DNA of 64,000 nucleotides from assembly GCA_963803805.1 (NCBI GenBank), contig CAWDOD010000003.1:603771-667770 (forward strand), written 5' to 3'. Source of the DNA: an uncultured cyanobacterium (GTDB taxonomy: Bacteria > Cyanobacteriota > Cyanobacteriia > Cyanobacteriales > CAWCAG01). The translations under genes were made by a program, and so were the position numbers. The notes under the pieces were generated by a model that saw only the letters and a program-made list of their open reading frames with translations, did no database searches and was not told the DNA's origin. Position 1 is the stretch's first letter. The number at the start of each line of letters is the position of its first letter. Of the stretch, positions 49,142 through 60,714 are shown piece after piece.

Positions 49142-49909
49142 ATGTTAAATGTAAAACGTTTCCAGGTTAGTTTAAAAAGTCAAGGAGAACAGCTACAGTT
49201 AATTTTACCTAGCCAACCTGTAAAACCTGGGGAGAATGATTGGTCTGAAGTTTGGTTGCAATTGAAGCATCGCTTAAATGGTAGCGAAAAGTTTTGGCAA
49301 CCAGGTACAAAAGTCCATTTAGAAGCGAAAAATCAGTTACTTGATAGTAGACAACTCCAAGCTATTTCTGATGCTTTGCAAGCAGTAGAACTCAAGTTGG
49401 CAAGGGTTTATACCTCAAGGCGACAAACGGCGGTAGCAGCAGCGACTGTGGGTTATTCTGTTGAACAAAATATTCCTGCTTCCTCTTTAACTTCTACTAC
49501 CAAAATAAATGATAGCCAACCTTGGGCAGAACCATTATATTTACAAACTACCATCCGTTCGGGAGTGGAAATACGTCACCCTGGTACGGTAATTATTTTA
49601 GGAGATGTTAATCCAGGAGGAGCAATTATTGCCGCAGGAGATATTTTTGTTTGGGGCCACTTACGGGGTATTGCCCACGCCGGTTCCCAAGGCGATCGCC
49701 AATGTCGGATTATGGCTTTACAAATGAAGCCTACCCAGTTACGAATCGCTGATGCTATAGCTAGGGCCCCAGCACAAAATCCTCAACAACTTGAACCTGA
49801 ATTAGCCTATGTAACAAAATCGGGTATTCGTCTTACCAAAGCCATTGATTTTATGAGAACTCATTCTTTTGCTGATCAAAAAATTGGTTGGACAGATTCT
49901 GAGAATTAA
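49142..49909 (+). CDS. minC: Septum site-determining protein MinC
   Basis: TIRSGVEIRHPGTVIILGDVNPGG...VWGHLRGIAHAG...PTQLRIA; start lies in a (TAAATGT)4 array. Confidence 0.93.
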   Translation: MLNVKRFQVSLKSQGEQLQLILPSQPVKPGENDWSEVWLQLKHRLNGSEKFWQPGTKVHLEAKNQLLDSRQLQAISDALQAVELKLARVYTSRRQTAVAAATVGYSVEQNIPASSLTSTTKINDSQPWAEPLYLQTTIRSGVEIRHPGTVIILGDVNPGGAIIAAGDIFVWGHLRGIAHAGSQGDRQCRIMALQMKPTQLRIADAIARAPAQNPQQLEPELAYVTKSGIRLTKAIDFMRTHSFADQKIGWTDSEN

Positions 49910-49968
49910 AAATTATTGTGTAAGCCTTCTGGCAAGAGTAAGTTAAAAATTAAAAGTTAAAAATTAAG

Positions 49969-50763
49969 ATGGTTAGAACTATTGTAATTACTTCCGGTAA
50001 GGGAGGGGTGGGTAAAACTACTGTCACGGCTAATTTAGGGGCGGCGATCGCGAAAAGGGGTCATAAAGTAGCCTTGGTTGATGCCGATTTTGGACTAAGG
50101 AACTTAGATTTACTCCTCGGTTTAGAAAATCGGGTTGTTTATACGGCAGTGGAAGTTATTGCTGGGGAGTGTCGCATTGAACAAGCATTAGTCAAAGATA
50201 AACGCCAACCGGGACTAGTTTTGTTGCCAGCAGCCCAAACTCGCAACAAAGAAGCTGTCACCCCAGAACAAATGAAAGCAACTATTGCCCAATTGAGTAA
50301 AAAATATGATTATATTCTCGTTGATAGTCCCGCCGGTATTGAATTAGGTTTTCGGAATGCGATCGCTGCTGCTGATGAAGCTATCATAGTGACTACCCCA
50401 GAAGTATCTGCTGTGCGAGATGCTGATCGGGTGATTGGTTTAATTGAAGCCAATAACATCAAGAAAATCAACCTCATCGTCAACCGCCTCAAACCATCTA
50501 TGGTACAGGTAAACCAGATGATGAGTGTCGAAGATGTATTAGAAATTCTCGCTGTACCTTTAATTGGTGTTATTCCCGATGATGAGAGGGTTATTGTTGC
50601 CAGCAACAAAGGTGAACCCTTAGTGTTATCAGAACAAACCACCTTGCCAGGCATGGCATTTGACAATATTGCCCGTCGTTTAGAAGGAGAGAAAGTAGCA
50701 TTTTTAGATTTAATGGCTGCCCACGACAACATACTCAACCGGGTTAAAAGGTGGTTTCAGTAG
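49969..50763 (+). CDS. minD: Septum site-determining ATPase MinD
   Basis: SGKGGVGKTT, DFGLRNLD, DSPAGIE, VRDADR. Confidence 0.98.
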   Translation: MVRTIVITSGKGGVGKTTVTANLGAAIAKRGHKVALVDADFGLRNLDLLLGLENRVVYTAVEVIAGECRIEQALVKDKRQPGLVLLPAAQTRNKEAVTPEQMKATIAQLSKKYDYILVDSPAGIELGFRNAIAAADEAIIVTTPEVSAVRDADRVIGLIEANNIKKINLIVNRLKPSMVQVNQMMSVEDVLEILAVPLIGVIPDDERVIVASNKGEPLVLSEQTTLPGMAFDNIARRLEGEKVAFLDLMAAHDNILNRVKRWFQ

Positions 50764-50856
50764 TTGATAGGAAAAAGGGAAAAGGGAACAGGGAATAGTG
50801 AATAGGAACTTAACAATTTATATTGATTGGCAAATGGCAACTAAGGGATCACCATT

Positions 50857-51132
50857 ATGATTAGCGAACTTCTCGAACGACTTTTTAACTTTAAAAACTC
50901 TAGTAGTCGTAGCCAAGCGAAAAGTCGGCTTAAGCTGATTATTGCCCATGATCGCGCGGGTTTAAGTCCAGAAACCCTCAACTCTATGCGGCAAGAAATC
51001 CTGGAAGTTGTAGCCCGTTATGCAGAAATAGACATGGATCATTCCGAGTTTTCCTTAGAAAGCGATCAAAGGGCTACAGCCTTGATTGCCAGTTTACCTA
51101 TTAGACGCATTAAAGGACAGTCAACTAATTAG
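50857..51132 (+). CDS. minE: Cell division topological specificity factor MinE
   Basis: [13 protein letters not shown]...[12 protein letters not shown]. Confidence 0.96.
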   Translation: MISELLERLFNFKNSSSRSQAKSRLKLIIAHDRAGLSPETLNSMRQEILEVVARYAEIDMDHSEFSLESDQRATALIASLPIRRIKGQSTN

Positions 51133-51499
51133 TTTTCTCATCTACAATTAAGCTCTTTTTAGATAAAATTCGCTAAAATATATTTTATCGTTGGGAATTA
51201 TCTTAGCTATAAGAACAAAAACTGAGGCAAATGATAAATGCTATTGGGAACTTTATTAAATTTACCTAAGTCAAAACCGACTAAATAGGCAAAAGTTTAC
51301 AACTAAAAAGCTAAAGCAATTAGCCAGCTTGGCAAAAAATCATGTCCTTAAAAAGCTTTATCAAGAAGACTTTTTTAAAGGCTTATTTTTCTTTTTTTTC
51401 TGCTTCATATCTCTAATTAACTCTTAAGAGTTTTATAGCTACTTATTCTTAAGTTAGTTAATCAGCTTATTAATCTACCAGGTAACGAGTCTCTATTCT

Positions 51500-53062
51500 A
51501 TGAACATCTCTTTTTATAAACATTTCTCAACCTATTTAGTTAGTGCCGCAACATTATTTGTTGGTACAACCTTTATTCCATCAGCCCAAGCAACCACTCT
51601 TACTGGCTTCTCCACTAGTGGCAGTCAAATGGGCGGAATGAAAATAACAGCCAATTTCTTTAATGGTACTTCTCAAAGTCTAACTTGGGGGCTTCTAGAA
51701 GGAGGTTCTTGGGGGGTTTCTAATTCTGATTGGTCACTTACTCAAAATGGTAATACTTATGGTGGTTTAATATTTGAACCAGTAAATCCATGGTATTTTG
51801 AGTACAAAGGTAGTAGTAGCGTAGCTGCCCTGTTTATTGATACTATTGATGGCAATACAGTCTTTGATACTATCAAAGGTACAACGTCAAACCAACATAC
51901 ACCAAATTCTGCTGAAGGTTGGCCATTTCAACTCGTCTCTGGAACTAGTCCTGACCGTTATGGTTACTCGGTTCCCATTGATATTTCCAAAGGAGACTTA
52001 TTTGGGAGACTATCTCTATTTTGGGATAGTGGTTTCTCGGGTAAGATGAGCTTTCTTGCTGATACAGACAGTGGCGAAGACAATGATGATGGTCGTGTAA
52101 AAGCAAGAGATACTGTTATACCTGCTTTACCTCCGCCGCCTAACGTCAAACCAACAGTAGGTATATCTATCCTCGCCATTGATGAAGGAACAAAAGCTTC
52201 TGCTTCCTTATCTGCCACCGATCCTAACGCTGGTGCAATTGAGTTTTTCCTTGATGATGTTTCTGTAGGGACAGATGCGACTACTTCCGGTACTCGCACT
52301 TTCACCAAGGACTTAGGCTTATTTACCGATAATGGTACTAAGACATATACCGCTAAGGCTAAAGATGCTCAAGGAAATGTGAGTGATGTTGTTTCTGCTA
52401 ATCTGATTGTGAACAATGTTGCCCCAAAGTTAACTCAATTTGACCTTTCTGCCTATACAATCAACGAGGGTGATCCTTTATCAGCATCATTCACTAGTAC
52501 AGATCCTGGGGCAGACTCTATTAAATTCTTCCTAAATGGCATTGAGGTGGGAACGGACTTAGCCACTTCCGGCGATCGCACTCTTAATTATGATTTGGGA
52601 ACTTTTGTTGATGAAGGAGTAGGAACATATACTTATAAAGCAATTTCTCAAGACAAGGATAGCGCTTTTAGTAATGAAATAGAGCAAATTTTAACTGTTT
52701 TAAATGTTGCCCCAACTATAGTTAGTTTGACATCAGATTTGGAAATTTACCAAGAAGAATTCTTCATGTTTGATGCTTTGGCTACTGACCCAGGAGTTAA
52801 TGACATTTTGACTTATATGTGGGATTTAGATGGGGATGGTGAATATAATGATTTCCTTGGCAATAGCGGCAATTGGTCTTTTGCTGATGTAGGGATTCAA
52901 ACTGTTGGTTTAAAAGTAACTGATGGCGATGGTGGCGAGGCTTTTTCTTCTTTTAATGTCACCGTTAATCAAGTACCTGAACCCTCTTCTATGCTCGGAA
53001 TTTTGGCGTTAGGGGCGGGAGGCTTTTTGATGAAACGTAAAAAGAATCCGTCTTCTAATTAG
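51500..53062 (+). CDS. PEP-CTERM surface protein with three Ig/PKD-like repeats
   Basis: Signal peptide AQA; repeats NV(K/A)P...(A/S)TDP; WDLDGDG; C-terminal VPEPSSMLGILALGAGGFLMKRKK. Confidence 0.9.
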   Translation: MNISFYKHFSTYLVSAATLFVGTTFIPSAQATTLTGFSTSGSQMGGMKITANFFNGTSQSLTWGLLEGGSWGVSNSDWSLTQNGNTYGGLIFEPVNPWYFEYKGSSSVAALFIDTIDGNTVFDTIKGTTSNQHTPNSAEGWPFQLVSGTSPDRYGYSVPIDISKGDLFGRLSLFWDSGFSGKMSFLADTDSGEDNDDGRVKARDTVIPALPPPPNVKPTVGISILAIDEGTKASASLSATDPNAGAIEFFLDDVSVGTDATTSGTRTFTKDLGLFTDNGTKTYTAKAKDAQGNVSDVVSANLIVNNVAPKLTQFDLSAYTINEGDPLSASFTSTDPGADSIKFFLNGIEVGTDLATSGDRTLNYDLGTFVDEGVGTYTYKAISQDKDSAFSNEIEQILTVLNVAPTIVSLTSDLEIYQEEFFMFDALATDPGVNDILTYMWDLDGDGEYNDFLGNSGNWSFADVGIQTVGLKVTDGDGGEAFSSFNVTVNQVPEPSSMLGILALGAGGFLMKRKKNPSSN

Positions 53063-53287
53063 TAATAAGAAGTCTGTTTAAACGGACTTGATTGTATTAG
53101 CCAGAGAATTAATTCTCTGGCTTGCTTGCATAATTTTCCCTTGACATGGTATTATGTATACGGTGGAAAAGGTGCGCTCTTAAAATCAGTTTTCAAAGAC
53201 ACTTTCTAATCTTCGGTAACTTTCACCTTAAAAAAGTTTATAACAATCTGTTAATAAGTCGGAAACGGTATTTCTGGATGCTATGTC

Positions 53288-55003
53288 ATGAAACTTGCCT
53301 GGAACTCACTACTGCTTAGTTTAACTTTCCTACTACCTCATTCTGCTGTTCTCGCCGAACCATATAAACAAGTAGAAGAAAATATTGAAGTAGCTGAGGA
53401 ATTATTTTTACCTCAAGAGTTTATTGAGTTAGAAAAACAAGAAGATCTGAATCCAGAATTAATTTTAGTTCAAGAAAGCGAGTCGGATTCTCCCCCTGAA
53501 ACAATCGTTATTCCTGATGTTACTCCCACTGAAGAAGAAGAGGAAGTAACCGCAGAGGAAGAAGTTGTTGAAGAAGAAGAGGAAGTTGCAGAAACTGAAG
53601 AAGGGGAAGAAGAAACTGAAAAATTAACGCCAGAAGAACTTGCCCGCCTAGAATTATTAAAAGAAGGAGACGAACTTTACTTATCAGGGGAGTTTGCAGC
53701 AGCAGCAGAGAAATATCGTCAAGGAAAAGAACCCTTTGCAGCGGAAGTAGAATCAGAGTTAGTCAGCAAACCAGAAGCCATTTATGAACCTACTCAATTG
53801 CCTCCTGGGGGTGCTATTTACTGGCGAAATGCTCAACAAGGTGTAGAACAAGAATTAGATAGCAAAACCTTAATTTCCCTAGATTTTTTAGTTGATCAAT
53901 ATCCAGAATTCATCCCCGGTTATTTACTTTATGCCCAGGAATTGCAAAAAGCTAACCGGGAAGAAGAAATCTTACCTTTGTTGGAAAGGGCAACAACTTT
54001 ATATCCCCAGGAACCAGATTTAATTGCGGCTAAGGTTACAGCCTATGGGGAACAAAAGCAATGGTTAGAAGCCTCCCTAGCTGCCCGTCAGTTTGCCTTA
54101 ATTAATCCTGAACATGAACGCTCAGCAGAGTTTCTGCTTTTAGCAGAAGAAAATTTAGATCGCTACACAAGTAATCTACGGGCTACTATTCGGGGTAATG
54201 GCATCGCTAATATTATCACAGGGATAGTAGGTTTTGTAGTCACCGGAGGATTATTTGGCCCCTTTTCTGCGGCGGAAACCACCTTACTTTTAATTGAAGG
54301 GGAATCGGCGGTAGGGGAAAAAATTTCTAACCGAGTGGAAAGATACGCACCCATGGTAGAAGATGAAGAAATTTTGGCTTATGTTAACGATATTGGCTAC
54401 AAGTTAGCACAATTTGCAGGGCGCGATGAATTTGACTATCGCTTTTATGTGATCATGGATGATAGCCTCAACGCCTTCGCCTTACCAGGAGGAAAAATCT
54501 TTCTCCATGCAGGTGCGATCGCCGATAGTAACTCAGAAGCAGAATTGGCGGGTTTAATTGCCCATGAACTTTCCCATGCTGTCCTTTCCCACGGTTTCCA
54601 GCTAGTTACCCAAGGCAATTTAACTGCTAACTTAGCTCAGTTTATCCCTTTTGGTGGCACTGCGGCTCAACTCCTGGTTCTCAACTACAGTCGTGACATG
54701 GAAAGGCAAGCTGATGTTTTAGGGACAAGAATTCTTGCTGGTAGCAACTATGCCGCAGACGGTTTACGCAACCTCATGGTAATTCTGGATGAGAAAGATT
54801 TACCTCGCCCTCCCGCTTGGTTATCTAGTCACCCAGGTACAGGAGAAAGAGTTAATTATTTAGAGAGTTTGATTATTGATAATGGCTATGATCGCTACAG
54901 CTACGAAGGGGTTTTACGCCATAGTGAAATCAAAGAAAAGATAAAAAAGTTGATTGAAGAATATAAAGAAACTGATGAGTATAAGAATCGGCGTAGACGT
55001 TAA
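53288..55003 (+). CDS. M48-family metallopeptidase with TPR-like region
   Basis: NAFALPGG, AHELSH, YSRDMERQAD, WLSSHP; signal peptide and acidic linker. Confidence 0.92.
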   Translation: MKLAWNSLLLSLTFLLPHSAVLAEPYKQVEENIEVAEELFLPQEFIELEKQEDLNPELILVQESESDSPPETIVIPDVTPTEEEEEVTAEEEVVEEEEEVAETEEGEEETEKLTPEELARLELLKEGDELYLSGEFAAAAEKYRQGKEPFAAEVESELVSKPEAIYEPTQLPPGGAIYWRNAQQGVEQELDSKTLISLDFLVDQYPEFIPGYLLYAQELQKANREEEILPLLERATTLYPQEPDLIAAKVTAYGEQKQWLEASLAARQFALINPEHERSAEFLLLAEENLDRYTSNLRATIRGNGIANIITGIVGFVVTGGLFGPFSAAETTLLLIEGESAVGEKISNRVERYAPMVEDEEILAYVNDIGYKLAQFAGRDEFDYRFYVIMDDSLNAFALPGGKIFLHAGAIADSNSEAELAGLIAHELSHAVLSHGFQLVTQGNLTANLAQFIPFGGTAAQLLVLNYSRDMERQADVLGTRILAGSNYAADGLRNLMVILDEKDLPRPPAWLSSHPGTGERVNYLESLIIDNGYDRYSYEGVLRHSEIKEKIKKLIEEYKETDEYKNRRRR

Positions 55004-55023
55004 GCTAAATTGCCTGGGGATAT

Positions 55024-56218
55024 TCAGCTTTTAATCTGAATTTTGCTTTCTTGTTGAACTTTAAAATATATCTCTTCAAAAAGTTTTTCTTGATGTTCAA
55101 AACTAAAATTTCCAGAAAAATCTTTTGCTAATTTTGATAGTTCTAAATACTTTTCTTCTGACATTTCCAATTTTTGACTAACAATCGCAGCAAAATCTTT
55201 TGGTGAAGTTTCTTTAGGTAAAACTTCAATAAATTCTTTACCTTTAAATTCTGTTGTAGTTTCATTTTCTAAGGCAACAATGGGAATTCCTGATGCAATT
55301 GCTTCCAAAATAACTAAACTTTGAACTTCGACTTTTGAAGCACTTAAAAATAATTTTGTATCTTCTAAAATTTCAGGAATTTGACGGTGAGCTACTTCAC
55401 TTACAAATTCAACATTTAAGTGGTTTTTCTTGACTATTTCTTTAAGTTTAAAATATTCTTTTCTTTCAAAATCTTTACCTACTAATTTTAATTTATATCT
55501 TTTATCAACAAATTTCATTGATTCAATCAAAAACTCTTGATTTTTTCTTTTAGAAATATGGCCAATAAAAGTCAAATTTCTAGCTTGAAATGATTTTGAA
55601 TTCTTGGAATTCTTAAACTTTTCTAAATCTCTGGCATTAGGCATAATAAAAATCGGGCCTTTATAGCCAATATTTCTAAAACTTTGGACATTTGCTTTAT
55701 TTATAGCAATAACACCAGAAATTTGTTTACAAAATGCTAAGAATCAGAAATCGAGTAGCAAGTTTACTTAGTATCCTCAGTATTTTTTTGTTTTCTTGAT
55801 GAAATTCATGCACTCTATCAACTAATAAATGAGGCCAATACAAAACTTTCTTATTACTTTTACTTGCCCAATTTAAAGCAAAATATCCAAGTGCTGTATT
55901 GAAATGCAAAACAATTACTTCAGGTTGATTTTGAGCCAAAAATTCAGATATCTTTTTTAGATTTGAATTACTGAAGATCGGAATTCTCTCTTCTCCAGTT
56001 TTGCCATTTGCATCTATTTGACCATCAACAGGAGTACTTTCTATTTCTAAATTTTCATAGCCATTTAGTTTGACAATTTGTGTTTTATTACCGAGGGAAA
56101 TAAATGATACTTGGTGATTTTTAGCTAGAAATTCACCTGTATTTTTAACTGCATTTAACAATCCTCCTCCAACTGTCTCATTTAAGTTATATTCTGTTAA
56201 AAAACAAATCTTCATCAT
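55024..56218 (-). CDS. GT4-family glycosyltransferase, very AT-rich, frameshift near 55735
   Basis: MKICFLTE..GGG N-terminus; FIGHISKRKNQ and EVQSLVILEAIASGIPIV; linker AFCKQISGVIAINK joins the two ORFs. Confidence 0.8.
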
Positions 56219-56319
56219 GTTTTTTCTACTGTGATGATGACATTGGTAGGATTTTCTACAAACTGTTGTCTAGACTCATGGCATTTGAAGCGTTGTTTAC
56301 CATTGTGGATATGACCATC
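56214..56319 (-). mobile_element. IS1-family (InsA-like) transposase fragment
   Basis: Minus-strand translation DGHIHNGKQRFKCHESRQQFVENP resembles the IS1 motif NGxxxxGKQRxxCxxCxRQFVENP. Confidence 0.7.
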
Positions 56320-56465
56320 GCTTGGTGCGCTTTCCAGCCCTCATCTGCGAATGGTTGAGTCGCATCCGCTTTTTGATTAGGTGCTGAGAATTAGACTAAT
56401 GACAGGATTTTCGCTCTTAACTTCTCTTCTTAAACTTAATTACTTCTCCCCATTTCCCTGTCTAT

Positions 56466-56490
56466 GGGCAACTTGTTAGATAAGTTGCCC
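56466..56490. terminator. Hairpin downstream of pdhC
   Basis: GGGCAACTT-GTTAGAT-AAGTTGCCC. Confidence 0.55.
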
Positions 56491-56503
56491 CGTATAACTC
56501 TTT

Positions 56504-57796
56504 TTACAAAGTTAAAGATTGAGGATTAGTCTCAATTAAAATTGCTAAATCCTTCAAGAAAGCAGCCGCATCAGCGCCATAAATAATGCGATGATCACTA
56601 GTCATATTAACCTGCATTTGATTCTTCACTCCCATCATGCCATCTGGAGTTGCTACCACCGTAGGACGAGATGCACCAATAGCGAGGATTGAACCCTGCC
56701 CAGCAGGTAAAATTGCATCAAAGCGATCTACACCGAACATACCCAAATTAGAAAGGGTGAAAGTACCACTGTTGTACTCTTCCGGTTGCAGTTGCTTAGA
56801 ACGAGAACGGTTAACCAGATCCTTCCAATTGCGGGAAAGAGAGTAAATATCCATCTCATCAGCCCTCTGCAAAACGGGGGTGATCAGCCCTCCATCGGGC
56901 ATTGCTACCGCCACAGCAACGTTAATTGCGGAACTATATTGAATCGCTTGTTCACCGTAGCTAGCGTTAACCACAGGATGGTTTTTCAAGGTGACAGCGA
57001 CTGCTTTCGCTAACAAGGCAGTCATGGTGACTCCCTTGGGTTTTATTTGTTTGTAAAGCTTATCTAACTCATTGGTGGTGATGGTATAACCAACTCGAAA
57101 TACAGGAGTTTGCAAGCTAGCTACCATATTATTAACCACCGCTTTTTGCAGGGTATTCATGGCTACCTGTTCCCCAGCAGCTACCGCTGGTTTAGGAGTT
57201 TGAGGTGCTGCTGTAGTTACCGCTGGGGTAGGAGGGGTGGCAACAGGAGTAGGAGAGACAGAAGGTGCAGAGGAAGGTTTACCAACAGCCGATTCTACAT
57301 CAGCAGCAACAATTCTGCCATAGGGGCCGCTACCTTGCAATCCCTTAAGTTCTACTCCCAACTGTTTAGCCAATTTGCGGGCGCGAGGAGAAGCCACAGT
57401 CCGGCCATTTTGATTGGCTGGAGAGGTCCCAAGGGCAGCAGTTGGGGGTACTGAAACAGGTTCAGAAGCTTCTGGAGTAGGAGACTTGGTTGTAGTAGGG
57501 GCAGAGGCACTAGGACTGCTAGCCTTAGCTTGTTGTTTGGCTGCTTCAATCTCTTCTTGAGTTTCTGCTAATAAGGCGATCGCATTCCCGACAGGGGCAT
57601 CATCTCCTGCAGCGACTATGATCGTCGCCAAATAACCTTCATAGAAAGATTCAACGTCCATATCGGCTTTATCCGATTCAACAACCACCACGGTTTCACC
57701 TTTTTCCACTTTATCTCCTGGGGATTTTTCCCAGGAAACAATTTTACCTTCGGTCATGGTGGAACTCAGGGCGGGCATGAAAATTTCGTGAATCAT
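56504..57796 (-). CDS. pdhC: Pyruvate dehydrogenase E2, dihydrolipoamide acetyltransferase
   Basis: MPALSSTMTEG, VESDKA lipoyl site, ASPRARKLA, GTFTLSNLG, DHRIIYGA; start at MIHEIF. Confidence 0.97.
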   Translation of the reverse strand: MIHEIFMPALSSTMTEGKIVSWEKSPGDKVEKGETVVVVESDKADMDVESFYEGYLATIIVAAGDDAPVGNAIALLAETQEEIEAAKQQAKASSPSASAPTTTKSPTPEASEPVSVPPTAALGTSPANQNGRTVASPRARKLAKQLGVELKGLQGSGPYGRIVAADVESAVGKPSSAPSVSPTPVATPPTPAVTTAAPQTPKPAVAAGEQVAMNTLQKAVVNNMVASLQTPVFRVGYTITTNELDKLYKQIKPKGVTMTALLAKAVAVTLKNHPVVNASYGEQAIQYSSAINVAVAVAMPDGGLITPVLQRADEMDIYSLSRNWKDLVNRSRSKQLQPEEYNSGTFTLSNLGMFGVDRFDAILPAGQGSILAIGASRPTVVATPDGMMGVKNQMQVNMTSDHRIIYGADAAAFLKDLAILIETNPQSLTL

Positions 57797-58076
57797 GAGG
57801 TGGTTTTCCGAGTTGAGGTTAAGTAAGGTTAAACAATTAAAACCAGATCGTATTTTATCTCGATCTGGCTTTAATTGGGGAAGAAGGGAGTCGGGAATAG
57901 GGAACAGTGTCAAGTAAAAATTGAAAATTCAAAATTGACACATACTTTTAGGAAACACTTCTCGACAAGAATCGTGATTTCACAAGGATTTTGGCTAGTG
58001 TTTCTGTATAGGGACTAGGCAATAGTCGTCAAGTCTCATCTCCATTAGCAACTAGCCATTAGCAACTAGCCATTGA

Positions 58077-58526
58077 TTAAATGTCCCCACGAATTTCTTC
58101 TACCACCCCGTCACGAACAAGGATTTCGACGTTCAATTTAGAAACGAGGTTATCTCCTACTTCAAGGCGAAAAAAGCTTTCCATTTGTCCTTGGGCTACT
58201 TCTTGGTCTAATTCTAAAACCTGTATTTGTTGCAGTTGCTGAAGAAACTGATTTTTTTGTTCGAGTATTTCACTCTTTTTTTGGTTAACTTGGTTTTGAA
58301 TACTATCAATTTGCTGATTTACTTGAGGTCCAGGGGGTTGGATGCTTTGTTTTTTGATTTCGGCGATCGCCTTTTGCCCTTGCATATCCAACTGCTGGAG
58401 TTGATTATCAATTTTATTAATTTGGTCTTGCAGTTGTCGCTGCACTTCTTCTTTCCACCGGGGGGTAACAATTACTTTAAGGTTAATTGGGCGCTTTAAT
58501 AGTAAATTCGATTTAGTTTCATCCAT
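58077..58526 (-). CDS. YlqD-family protein
   Basis: LLLKRPINLKVIVTPRWKEE...VEILVRDGVVEEIRG. Confidence 0.88.
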   Translation of the reverse strand: MDETKSNLLLKRPINLKVIVTPRWKEEVQRQLQDQINKIDNQLQQLDMQGQKAIAEIKKQSIQPPGPQVNQQIDSIQNQVNQKKSEILEQKNQFLQQLQQIQVLELDQEVAQGQMESFFRLEVGDNLVSKLNVEILVRDGVVEEIRGDI

Positions 58527-58609
58527 TAGTTTGTATCCTTTGTAATCATTTTCGAGGTGGCGATTGGTAAACTGGGAGCATATTAACCAGTAACCAAAAA
58601 CTACTTAAA

Positions 58610-60561
58610 TTAATTAAACATCCCGTCAATCATATCGCGATAGCGTTCGCTGGCAACGGGACGGCGAATTTTTAGGGTTTGGGTCATTAAACCATTTTCC
58701 TGGGAAAATGGCTCTACAATCAGCTTAAAAGGGCCGATGCGGTCATCGGCACGATAGCCTGGACGATCTTTAACCTCTCTGTTTAATTCTTGTCTAATTA
58801 ATTTACTTACTTCTTCAACTTCATTTAGGTCAATTTTGACTTCCTGGGGAGATTCGGGTATTTCTAGGGAGAGGTTTTCTCCCTTTGCCCATTGTTGTAA
58901 AGCTTCTAGGTTCGGAACAATCAAAGCACCCAGAGAACGTTGATCTTGTCCTACTAACATAATTTGGTCGATATAAGCACTTCTAGCACAGGCATCTTCG
59001 ATGGGTTGGGGTTCAATGTTTTCTCCGTTGGTGAGGACGATGGTATCTTTTGCCCTTCCGGTGAGGACGATACTATTATTGGGGGTTAAAAAGCCTAAGT
59101 CCCCGGTATCAAACCAACCTTCGGGATCAATAGCTTTGGCGGTAGCTTCGGGTTTTTTGTAGTAGCCCTGCATAATTTGGGGCCCTCTGACTAAAACTAA
59201 GCCCTGTTGACCTGTGGGTAATTCCTGGCGGGTGGTAGGATCGACAATGCGGGTTTCTGTACCGGGTATAGGTAAGCCTGATGAGTAACGCAGATTTCCC
59301 CACAAACGACGGGCGTGGGTGACAGGGGAAGTTTCTGTTAAACCGTAACCTACTAGGATAGGAACATCAACAATTTCAAAAAAGTCTTCTAAATGCCTAG
59401 GTAAAGAACCGCCACCACTAATAATCGCTTTAAATTCTCCCCCGGTGGCTTGACGAACTTTTTCATAAACAATTTTTTTACCTAAGCTATGAACGGGAAG
59501 CAATAACAAAGATTTGATTTTCGCACTGAAGCGTTCCCAGGTAGAGTATTGAGATTTTTTTAAACTTAGTCCTTGGACTATTCTTTTAGCCAGGATATAT
59601 TGTTGAGAAATTTTGAAAAAGAAGTTAATTAATTTTTGCTTACTTTCTGGTTGTTGGCGAAACTGTTTTTGTACCCCTTCGTAAATAGATTCCCATAACC
59701 GAGGTACAGCCACCATATAATTGGGTTTGATTTTTTGTAGGTCTGTTTTAATAGAGCGTTTATTAGTATAAAATTGCGTACAACCTTGGGAAAGTAAAAA
59801 GTATTCGGCGCTACGTTCGTAGGTATGCCAAGTAGGAAGAATACTTAAAACTCTGTCTCCTGCTTGGGGTTGAATTACTGTTCCTAATGTAGTTACTTGG
59901 TGTAGGAGGTTATCATGAGAAAGCATCACTCCTTTAGGTTTTCCTGTGGTTCCGGAGGTATAAAGTAAGGTGGCTAAGTCGCTTCTTTTTTTGGAGATAA
60001 GTTCAAAATTGTGACCTTCTCCGGCCGCCATTACTTGAGAGAAATTAAGAATTTTATCAGGGGTTTCTTCAGGGATAGTTTCATCACTAAGTAAGACAAT
60101 AAAATCTAGATTAAAGTTAGCAATTTCTGGTTGCAATTGAGCCAACGCTTTTTTATTTTCAATAATTAAGCTTCGGCTATCACTATCTTCGAGAATATAA
60201 AGTAACTCTTGGGAATCTGCTTGAGAAGAACGAGCTACATTAGAAGCCCCGGCCATCATACTACCTTGATCAGCAATAAACCATCGGGGACTATTGTCAG
60301 CAAATAGAGCCAGCCGAGAATCTCCGTTAATTCCTAAACTCTGTAAACCTGCGGCAAATTGTTTTAAGTTCTGGTATAACTCCCTGTAGGTTAGAATTAC
60401 CTCCGGTTTGCTATGGGGGTCATGAAGAGCTACAGTATCAGCAAACTTTTGGGCAGCTAGGGCGAAACTTCCGGGAGATATTCAACAGAAAAGTAATCTG
60501 TCATATCTCGTAGCAAGTTTTGTTCCTGGGGGGTAAGTTTAATCCTATCAGCGGGTAACAT
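58610..60561 (-). CDS. aas: Long-chain acyl-ACP/CoA synthetase (frameshift near 60465)
   Basis: YTSGTTGKPKG, GYGLTE, WFDTGD, GENIEP; frame stays open upstream of the 60259 start; N-terminus MLPADRIKLTPQEQ from 60561 in another frame. Confidence 0.88.
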
Positions 60562-60714
60562 AATCAACTCGAACTTATGGTTATCTGGTTTTTACCATAT
60601 CTTCCCAAGAGGTAAAAAGGGGCAGTTGGACAGACACCTTTACTTTTGTCTCTATGCCAGTGTACGGCAGTGAGATTGGCATAGTCTTTAAATTTTGATA
60701 AAGGAGCAACTACC

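Noticed and set aside
22020-57549. Antisense and overlapping ORFs in the track (e.g. 22020-22280, 24541-25014, 26431-26841, 28491-29345, 50310-50738, 57110-57454)
   Set aside because: Shadow frames of well-supported genes with no recognisable motifs
57797-57913. Extended pdhC N-terminus from the ORF track
   Set aside because: The lipoyl domain begins at MIHEIFMP; the extension spans a hairpin and a repeat-like tract
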